Source of the DNA: Chiloscyllium plagiosum
Taxonomy: Eukaryota
Length of the DNA: 20,000 nucleotides
Reading direction: 5' to 3'
Assembly: GCF_004010195.1 (NCBI RefSeq)
Contig: NC_057718.1
Coordinates: forward strand, 53,603,946 to 53,623,945
Positions within the stretch are counted from its first letter, which is position 1. Each line of letters starts with the position of its first letter. Positions 1 through 8,376 of this stretch are shown here, piece after piece. Under the pieces are notes generated by a model that did no database searches, had not been told where the DNA came from, and worked only from the letters and a program-made list of their open reading frames with translations. Made by a program: the position numbers and the translations under genes.

Positions 1-429
1 GATAACAGCAACCTAGGTACATAACAACAATCAAAATAATCTGTAAAGTTGTCACTGCAATTGCATCAACAAATATTCTTTTTGAAGAATTATGGTCGAA
101 ATGTATGGGCAGGTTGGGATTGTTAATAACTAGCAACTACACTGGGGAAAAAAAAAGGTACATTAGCTATCATCACAGAACCATCACGTAGGCCTGAGGA
201 GATTAACTAGGAATGGAAGCTGGCATGTATTGTGGCAAAAGTTAAAGAGATTTAGGAGTGACATTGACCACCAGGCTTTTTACACTAATGTTGGTTGTAC
301 GCAAAATATTTCAACCTATCCCAGGGTGTAGCCTGGAAAAAAAACTCTTGTGCAAGAAATAGACAAGGATTTATAACACCGTACTTAAAAAAAAAAATCC
401 TGAATAAATATAGAGGGCAGCATTACACA

Positions 430-1055
430 TAATTTTGCCCCTATTTCAGCTCAACTGTTACTGAAATCCATATCCACTTGCATTCCTTTTGCAATCTCTC
501 ACATTCCTTATTCCTAAACTCTCCTGTCTGACTTCCCACATTCAGCCCAACATAAACTTGAGGTCATCCAAAGTTCTGCTGCTGATGTCCTTACTCTCAC
601 CAAGCCCGTTATCCACCACACTTGCACTCTCTGACCAACATTGATTTCTGGTCAAGGAACACCACACTTTGAAAATCCTCATCCTCAATTTCAAAGCTGT
701 CCATTGTCATGCCTCTGCATTTCTCTTGCAATCTCCCCATCCCCAGAACTCTCTGAGGTATCAACACTGCTCTAATTCTGGTCTTGTGGGGATCCTGTCT
801 TGAAATCCCCCACCTCCTGGGGCTGAGCATTCAAATGCTTGGGTCCTGATCTTTGGAGATTCCTTGACATGCTTTTCAACCTAACTCATCTTATTCCTTT
901 AACATGCTTCATAAACCAAATGTTTCACCAAACGTGGACAATCTTTCCTACTGTCATATCATAAGCGGCTTGTTGTCTAAGTTTACTTTATAATGTACCT
1001 ATGAAGTGCCTTGGAAGATTTATGACATTAAAGGTATGTTATAAACAAAAATGCT
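430..1055 (+). mobile_element. Decayed L2-clade LINE 3' fragment (ORF2 C-terminus plus 3' tail)
   Basis: From 521 it reads LLSDFPHSAQHKLEVIQSSAADVLTLTK, then LSDQH*FLVKEHHTLKILILNFKAVH. This matches the L2 ORF2 C-terminal pattern LLAGLP..L.KL..IQNSAAR.LT...L..LHWLPV..R..FKILIL.FK.LHG, with stops and frameshifts. The tail ~990-1055 (ataatgtacctatgaagtgccttggaagatttatgacattaaaggtatgttataaac) resembles fish/shark L2 3' ends. Boundaries are approximate. Confidence 0.75.
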
Positions 1056-1356
1056 ATACACTGTGATATAAATGTGTTATATAACATATGAATTTTTAAT
1101 GTTATTGGCTTGATATGTTATGTAAATACCAATAGTTGGACCGTTTGAAAAGGCAGTTTTCAAAGTAAAGGATATTGGCCAACAGCAACTAAGATTTTGT
1201 ATCTATAAAAGACATAAATTGCTTTTTGGGTGATACAGAATGCATAAAGCTCTCAGCTAAAGACTCCATGACCTCAATTGTGAGTGTAAAAATAAGATAC
1301 TGGACTTCAACTTCCAGTCAGAGACACTGCCACAGGAAAGGGGACAACAGGCTTAC

Positions 1357-1429
1357 CCCCTTTTACTTTGATACCATTTTCATCAAAGCCAAGTTGCTTA
1401 TGGTTTGCAGGTCTCACTGAAGGCTTCAT
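1357..1429 (-). other. Possible short coding exon (ATG to 5' splice donor) of an unidentified minus-strand gene
   Basis: Minus-strand ATG at 1429 (A at -3) encodes MKPSVRPANHKQLGFDENGIKVKG and ends at donor GGG|GTAAGC (last exon base 1357, phase 1). It lies in non-repeat sequence downstream of paired CCAAT motifs. The peptide is not recognised. Confidence 0.25.
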
Positions 1430-1562
1430 TATGACAAACTGAATGTTCTTAAGGAAAAATTCCGAATCACCACCACTGTCTCTCCGGGAATGAGAAACAG
1501 CCCATTCACAATGACAAAGTGACTGCTCCAATGAGAATTCTTTTGCAGAAAACTACGGTGGT

Positions 1563-1645
1563 ATGTGGCCAATCAGTTGTCAACTAGCCTCTGGACAACC
1601 ACCAATTTTGTCTCTTTACTGACTTTATTTGTTAATTGGCCACAT
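1563..1645. promoter_or_regulatory. Inverted pair of CCAAT-box-containing 11-mers
   Basis: ATGTGGCCAAT (1563-1573) and its exact reverse complement ATTGGCCACAT (1635-1645). The first extends to GGCCAATCAG, an NF-Y consensus. Function is inferred only. Confidence 0.3.
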
Positions 1646-2196
1646 TTTAAGTTCTGATACTCTACAGAGTCTTTTTGTCCTTTATTGCATGTTTGAGAGC
1701 CTTTTTTTTATTAGTGGGAATTCTTACATATTTATAAATTTAATAAGTTTGTTAATAATTCTGCATCTTTGCCAGAGTGAGTTTTAGAAATTAAAATATC
1801 TTTCCATTAAACGAACCTAGCTGTCTTATTTCTTACACCAAGCTATACAGTGAAGTATATAATTAATTAACTTCATTGTTACATGCACTTCAAAAAGTGC
1901 AGTCAAACATTTACAACGCTATCACTTAAGGCACCTTATGTACAAGATAGTTAGGTACAGATACTTAAGTCCTTGGTTTAAAATTGAAAGAGTAATAAAT
2001 AAAAGTCAGCTAAAGGAGATAATGGAAAAAAGGTCTCGATTTACAGCCCTTTCACCCCAGTCCATGTCTGACTAAGCGTCCAGGCAACACCAGGCCAAGA
2101 CTCCAGAATGCACAGGCTTCAAAACTTGAGGCCTCACCTTCAGACTGCACCTCACCTCCACGCGACAGCCAACATTCCGGGTTATGCCTCCACCTG

Positions 2197-4730
2197 ACGG
2201 CCTCATGTCCGTGACTCACCTCCCAATAACGGCCTCACGTCCATGACTCACCTAACCATAACGGCCTCATGTCCGTGACTCACCTCGCCATAACGGCGTC
2301 ATGTCCGTGACTCACCACCCCATAACGGCCTCATGTGTGTGACTCACCTCCCAATAACGGCCTCATGTGTGTGACTCACCTCCCAATAACGGCCTCATGT
2401 GTGTGACTCACCTCCCTATAACGGCCTCATGTCAGTGACTCATCTCGCCATAACGGCCTCATGTCCGTGACTCACCTCCCTATAATGGCCTCATGTTAGT
2501 GACTCATCTCGCCATAACGGCCTCATGTCCGTGACTCACCTCCCTATAACGGCCTCATGTCAGTGACTCATCTCGCCATAACGGCCTCATGTCCGTGACT
2601 CACCACCCCATAACGGCCTCATGTGTGTGACTCACCTCGCCATAACGGCCTCATGTCCGTGACTCACCTCCCTATAATGGCCTCATGTCCGTGACTCACG
2701 TCCCCATAACGGCCTCATGACTGTGACTCACCTCCCAATAACGGCCTCATGTCAGTGACTCACCTCCCCATAACGGCCTCATGTCTGTCACTCACCTCGC
2801 CATAATGGCCTCATGTCTGTGATTCACCTTCCCATAATGGCCTCATGTCGGTGACTCACCTCGCCATAACGGCCTCATGTCTGTGACTCACCTCCCAATA
2901 ACGGCCTCATGTCTGTGACTCACTTCCTCATAACGGCCTCATGACTGTGACTCACCTCCCAATAACGGCCTCATGTCAGTGACTCACCTCCCCATAACGG
3001 CCTCATGTCTGTCACTCACCTCACCATAATGGCCTCATGTCTGTGACTCACCTCCCCATAACGGCCTCATGTCTGTGAATCACCTCACCATAACGGCATC
3101 ATGTCTGTGATTCATCTCCCCGCGACTGCCTCATAACTGTGACTCACCTCCTAATAACGGTCTCATGTCAGTGACTCACCTCCCCATAACGGCCTCATGT
3201 CCATGACTCACCTCACCATAACGGCCTCATGTCCATGACTCACCTCACCATAACGGCCTCTTGTCTGTGACTCACTTCCCCATAATGGCCTCATGTCTGT
3301 GACTCACCTCACCATAACGGCCTCATGTCCGTGACTCACCTCCCCATAACGGCCTCATGTGTGTGACTCACCTCCTAATAACGGTCTCATGTCAGTGACT
3401 CACCTCCCCATAACGGCCTCATGTCTGTGACTCACCTCGCTATAACGGCCTCATGTCAGTGACTCACCACCCCATAACGGCCTCATGTCGGTGACTCACC
3501 TCCCAATAACGGCCTCATGTCAGTGACTCACCTCCCCATAACGGCCTCATGTCCGTGACTCACCACCCCATAACGGCCTCATGTCCGTGACTCACCTTAC
3601 CATAATGGCCTCATGTCGGTGACTCACCTCCCCATAACGGCCTCATGTCGGTGACTCACCTCCCCATAATGGCCTCATGTCCGTGACTCACCTCCCCATA
3701 ACGGCCTCATGTCGGTGACTTACTTCCCCATAACGGCCTCACATCCATGACTTACCTCACCATAACGGCCTCATGTCTGTGACTCACCTCACCATAACGG
3801 CCTCATGTCTGTGACTCAGCTTGCCATAACGGCCTCATTTCAGTGACTCACCTCCCCCTAACGGCCTCATGTCTGTGACTCACCTCCCTATAACGGCCTC
3901 GTGTCTGTGATTCACCTCCCCATGACAGCCTCATATCCATGACTAACCTTCACACGATGGCCTCAAGTCTGGACCGTGACTCCCTGCGACTGCCTCATGT
4001 CCATGACTCACCTCCCCGCAATGGCCTCATGTCTTGGCCTCACCTCCCTGCGACGGCCTCATATTTGTGACTCACCTTCCCGACATAGGCTTCATGTCTG
4101 GGCCTCACCTCCCTGCAACGGCCTCATGTCCATGACTCACCTCACCATAATGGCCTCATGACTGTGACTCACCTCCCCATAACGGCCTCATGACTGCGAC
4201 TCACCTCCCCATACCAGCCTCTTGTCTGTGACTCACCTCCCCATAACGGCCTCATGACTGTGACTCACCTCCCCATAACGGCCTCATGACTGCGACTCAC
4301 CTCCCCATACCAGCCTCTTGTCTGTGACTCACCTCCCCATATCGGCCTCTTGTCTGTGACTCACTTCCCCATAACGGCCTCACGACTGTGACTCACCTCC
4401 CTGCGACAACCTCATGTCTGTGACTCACCTTCCCATAATGGCCTCATGTCTTTAACTTACCTCCCTATAACGGCCTCATGTGCGTGACTCACCTCCCCAT
4501 GATGGCCTCATGTCCATGACTCACATCCCCGCGACAGCCTGATGTCTGTGTCCTACCTCCCCATAACGGCCTCGTGTCTGTGATTCACCTCCCCATGACA
4601 GCCTCATGTCCGTGACTCACCTCCCCATGACAGCCTCATGTCTGTGACTCACCTCCCCATGACAGCCTCATGTCTGTGACTGACCTTCACGTGATGCCTC
4701 TAAGTCCGGACAGTGACTCCCTGCAACAGC
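2197..4730. repeat. 32-bp minisatellite, type A (consensus CATAACGGCCTCATGTCYGTGACTCACCTCCC), roughly 79 units
   Basis: Head-to-tail 32-bp period is directly visible with high unit identity. GTGACTCAC is present in most units. Unit count is estimated from length/32. Confidence 0.97.
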
Positions 4731-4759
4731 CTCCAACCAGGAACCTGTAATCTGTGCAT

Positions 4760-6460
4760 CACCTCCCTGGAACAGTCTCGATTTCGGGCCTTGCCTCCGT
4801 GCGACAGCCTCCTGTCTGGGGCCTCATGTCCCCGCGATGGCCTCTAGTCTAGGTCTTGTGCCTCTGCGACAACCTCAAGTTCGGGCCTCACCTCCCCGCA
4901 ATGGCCTCCAGCCTGGACCTCAACCCCCGTGACTTGCTCCAGTCCAGGCCATTGCCTCCCTGCAACAGCCTTCAGCCTCATGACTGCATCTAGTCTGGGT
5001 CTCGCCTCCCCACAACAGGCTTCAGTCCAGGTCTCACCTCCCTGCAACAGCCTCCAGTTCGGGCCTCACCTCCCTGCGATGGCCTCCAACCTGGGCCTTA
5101 CCTCCACATGAGAGCATCAAGTCCTGGCCTCACCTATCTATGATGGCCTCCAGTTTGAGACTCACCTCCAAGCAACAGCTTCCAGCCTGGACCTCGCCTC
5201 CCTGCGACAACCTCCAGTCCGTGCCTTGCCTCCTCATGACATCTTCCAGTTTGGGCCTCACCTCCCCGCAATGGCCTCCAGTCCAGGCCTCACCTTCTGT
5301 GGCAGCCTCCAGTTCAAGCCTTGCCTCACCAAGACAGTATCAAGTTCAGGCCTTGCCTCCCTGCAACAGCATCCAGTCTGGACCTGGCCTCCCCGTGACA
5401 GCCTCAAGACCACGCCTCACCTTCCCGTGACAGCCTCCAGACCAGGCTCACCACCACGCGATGGCCTCCAATCCAGACCATGCCTCACCGCAACTCCCTC
5501 CAGTCCGGACCTCTCCGCCCCGCAACGGCCTCCAGACTGGACCTCACCTCGCTGCAACATCTTCCAGTCCGGGCCTCACCTCCCGGCAATTGCCTCCAAT
5601 TCAAGCCTCGCTTCTGCATGACAACCTCCAGTCCAGGCTTCACTTCTGTAGACACTCTACAGTCCGGGCCTCTTCAACCAGGAACTGGCCTCCGTGTGAC
5701 ACTCTCCAGACTGGGTCTCACCTCCCTGTGACATCCTCGAGTCTGGGCCTCATCTCCTCGTGACAGCCGCAATGCTGGCCTTGCCTTCCCGTGACAGCCT
5801 CCGGTCTGAGGCTTGCCTCCCAGTGACAGCCTCCAGTCTAGGCCTCGACTCCCAGTGATAGTTTCCAGACTGGGCCTAGCCTCCCCACCACAGCCTCCAG
5901 TCCGGGCCTTGACTTTACATGATGGCCTCCAGTCTGGGCCTCGTCTCCCTGCGACATCCTCGATTCCGGCCTTGCCTCCTCGTGACAGCCTACAGTCTGG
6001 CGTCACCCTACTGCAACAGCCTCCAGTCTAGGCCTTGATTCCCTGCAACAGCATCAAGTCTAGGCCTCGCCTCCCCATGACAGCTTCCAGCCCTGGCCTC
6101 ACCTCCCTACATTGGCTTCCAGTCCAGGCCTCACCTCTCTGCAACAGCCTCCAGTCCGGGCCTCACCTCGCCTGACAGCCTCCAGTGCGGGCCTTGCTTC
6201 CCTGCGAAAGCTTCCTGTCTAGGCCTCGCCTCCCAGCGATAGCCTCCTGTCCAGGCCTCACCCCCTGGTGATAGCTTCCTGTTCAGTTCTTGCCTCCTGG
6301 CGATAGCCTCCTGTCCAGGCCTCGTCTCCCGGCGATAGCCTCCTGGCAAGGCCTCACCTCCTGGCGATAGCCTCCTGCCCAGGCCTCGCCTCCCAGCGAT
6401 AGCGTCCTATTCAAGTCTTGCCTCCCCACAATGGCCTCCATCTGAGTTTCACCTCCTCTA
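4760..6460. repeat. 32-bp minisatellite, type B (consensus ~GCGACAGCCTCCAGTCCGGGCCTCACCTCCCC), roughly 53 more diverged units
   Basis: Same 32-bp period and the same GCCTC / CTCACCTCCC cores as type A, but CCAGTC(C/T)GGGCCT replaces ATGTCCGTGACT. Units are more diverged. Confidence 0.93.
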
Positions 6461-6547
6461 TTTTCTTCCAAGTAAATTTTGAAAGTTAAAAGTTTAAAAG
6501 AAGCTCACAAGAAAAATATATGACACAGTGAACAAGCTCTGAAATTT

Positions 6548-6862
6548 AGATAGCTTCTAATCAACTGTGTAGAAATGCCATGATGTATGTCTGTAGTAGA
6601 TAGGATTTGAACCTGGAGCATTCTGATCTTGGGGGTAGAGACACTATCACTGTGCCACAAGCACTCTATACTTCAAGAATTTGGATATTTTCTGATCAAG
6701 TGATGTGATTACACCCCTGGAGCAAGTGGTAACCCCTGTGGAAGTGCTACTATACACAATCATCTCATGAACTTCAGATTTTCCCTCATCAACCTGATAG
6801 GGTTTGAACCTGGATCGTCTAGTCCACGAATAGGGACAATACTACTGTGTCATCAGAGCCTT
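6548..6862 (-). mobile_element. Cluster of ancient tRNA-derived SINE remnants (two heads plus one partial body)
   Basis: Minus strand 6668-6600 has A-box-like TGGCACAGTGA and B-box GGTTCAAATCC. A second head at 6862-6797 has GGTTCAAACCC. Body segments gatagcttctaatcaac (6549) and ggatattttctgatcaa...acacccctggagca (6683-6724) match the copy at 11205-11320. Confidence 0.65.
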
Positions 6863-6954
6863 TCTTATGAACTAGATGTTATACCCAGAAGTGTTGCAAT
6901 GCACAACTTTCCCATCACCAAAATCACAATGACTTTTTTTTTGTGTTTTTCCCT

Positions 6955-7095
6955 CTTTTAACTACTAACAACCACCAGTAATCATCCATGAAAAATTAAC
7001 TTCTCACTCAGCCATGGTGGGATTTGAACCTTGGAATGCTAGATTCTTGGATCACTTATGATAACGCCACAGAACTATTACCATCACTTGCTACC
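6955..7095 (-). mobile_element. Degenerate tRNA-SINE 5' remnant
   Basis: gccatggtgggatttgaacc (7011-7030) is a minus-strand B box (GGTTCAAATCCCACCATGGC), typical of old shark SINE heads. Confidence 0.5.
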
Positions 7096-7199
7096 CACCT
7101 TCTTTGAATAAGCATGATGAATGGAATAACATCAGAATATAGATTTTGAGAAAGCAAAGATTTCTAGATCTGGATCTTAAAAGTCTTTCTTTTAAAAAG

Positions 7200-7280
7200 A
7201 GGTCATTTGTGACGTGTGAGTATTGCTGACAAGAGCTACAAGATTTGCCTATCCCTAATCACCCTTGAGAAGATGGCACT
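7200..7280 (-). mobile_element. Short degenerate LINE/SINE 3'-tail remnant
   Basis: atttgcctatccctaatcacccttgagaagatgg resembles a recalled shark repeat motif (atttattgcccatccctaattgcccttgagaaggtgg). Confidence 0.4.
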
Positions 7281-7831
7281 AAAGCTCAAAGTCTTTAGGA
7301 AAAGGAACTAATATTGTGTGTGAAAGGAACACCATTTTCACACACAACTATTATGTGTTATGAAGATGTGGGTATACCTTTAAGAGAGTTAAAAGCAGCA
7401 GAACTACCGGACACAGCACCAAGTGTACTCAAAAATGGTAACAAAAATGGTAACAAAATAACACTGGGTCGAACCACTCGATTAGTTCATTGTTTGGAGT
7501 CAAAAACAAATTCAACTTCAGCTAATCAGTTTAAATTATACCAGAAATGTATCAAACTCCAATCAAATTTGAATTGAGTACATTGACAATCGTAAAAGCC
7601 AATGACACAATCCAATGCTTTGCGGGGTATAAGACAGGGGAAAATTGAAAAGTTGAGAGGAGAACTGCCAAGCCTAACATGTACTAGACTGCTTGAAAAA
7701 ACATCTTTCTCCAAAGTCCTTTTTAGATCAGTAACCTGTAACACAGAAATTCCTAACAAGGAGAAAAGAAGACACAGGAAGATCCAAAGGCAAGAATCTA
7801 TAGTTGCCTGGCTTTTAAATAAGAAACATTT

Positions 7832-7877
7832 GATTAAATTAGATTGACTAGATTCCCTATAGTGTGAAAACAGACCC
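7832..7877 (-). mobile_element. 5'-truncated HE1/HER1-type 3' tail fragment
   Basis: tagattccctatagtgtgaaaacagaccc closely matches the tail of the HE1 copy at 8010-8039 (tagattccctacaatgtggaaacaggccc). Confidence 0.7.
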
Positions 7878-8004
7878 GTTGTTTTGTCAATTTTAATTGG
7901 GAGTTTTATTGGATGAGTATTATAGATGGGAAGCTAAAAGATTGCTGAGAAAAAGAAATTGTAAATAGTGGTTAGTTAATTATTCTCTATCATACGTAAA
8001 GGAA

Positions 8005-8271
8005 TAAGATTAGATTCCCTACAATGTGGAAACAGGCCCTTCGGCCCAACAAGTCCACACCAACTCTTTAAAGAGTAGCCCACCCAGGCCCATTCCCCTC
8101 TGACTAATGCACCTATCCCATGGGCAATTTAGCATGGCTAATTCACCTGACCTGGATATTTTTGGATTGTGGGAGCAAACCCACACAGACAGTCACCCAA
8201 GCCTGGAATTGAACCTGGGACCCTGATGCTGTGCGGCAGCAGTGCTAACCACTGAGCCACCGTGTCACCCC
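8005..8271 (-). mobile_element. HE1-type tRNA-derived SINE with 8-bp TSD
   Basis: Minus strand begins GGGTGACACGGTGGCTCAGTGGTTAGCACTGCTGCC (A box), has GGTTCAATTCC (B box) and an AATCT-type tail. It is homologous to 15362-15690. TAAAGGAA is duplicated at 7997-8004 and 8272-8279. Confidence 0.9.
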
Positions 8272-8304
8272 TAAAGGAAAGTTGCTCAAGGAGACATTGA
8301 GCAA

Positions 8305-8376
8305 TAGCAGAGGGTGGTTTCCATCCAACGACCTCTAGGTTATAGGCCCAGCATGCTCCCGCTGCGCCACTCTATT
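8305..8376 (-). pseudogene. Initiator tRNA-Met-derived copy, anticodon mutated CAT>TAT
   Basis: The 72-nt minus-strand sequence AATAGAGTGGCGCAGCGGGAGCATGCTGGGCCTATAACCTAGAGGTCGTTGGATGGAAACCACCCTCTGCTA aligns ungapped to vertebrate tRNA-iMet (AGCAGAGTGGCGCAGCGGAAGCGTGCTGGGCCCATAACCCAGAGGTCGATGGATCGAAACCATCCTCTGCTA) with 9 mismatches. These fall in the acceptor stem, anticodon and T arm among other positions. Confidence 0.9.

Larger units (their letters stand above)
1861..6545 (-). mobile_element. Putative non-autonomous retroposon whose body is the 32-bp VNTR (LINE-like 3' tail at ~1861-1920)
   Basis: The minus strand at the left end reads ...tttgactgcactttttgaagtgcatgtaacaatgaagttaattaatt: a 7-bp stem-loop (1884-1901), a degenerate AATAAA and a short AATT-repeat tail. 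This resembles fish/shark LINE 3' ends of the 'ttttcactgtac...gtacacgtgacaataaa' type. The unique flanks grade into degenerate repeat units. No convincing TSD was found, and the right boundary is uncertain. Confidence 0.4.

Noticed and set aside
2197..4730. CRISPR-like array (32-bp period, partly palindromic unit)
   Set aside because: Units are contiguous with no unique spacers, there are no cas genes, and the context is vertebrate repeat DNA.
4844..6471. Overlapping Pro/Ser-rich and Gly/Arg-rich ORFs suggesting a mucin-like or repeat protein
   Set aside because: The 32-bp unit is not a multiple of 3, the same peptides appear in all frames, and stops are scattered. These are artefacts of a GC-rich repeat.
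1851..6549. TSD for the VNTR element (tgaagtata vs tgaaattta)
   Set aside because: Only 7/9 identity in AT-rich sequence with uncertain boundaries, so it cannot be distinguished from chance.
7430..7462. 12-bp tandem duplication CAAAAATGGTAA x2
   Set aside because: Real but an ordinary slippage event inside the LTR.
8305..8376. Functional tRNA-Ile(TAT) gene
   Set aside because: The body is tRNA-iMet. The TAT anticodon is one of nine substitutions that also damage the acceptor stem and T arm/B box, and no T4+ terminator follows closely.
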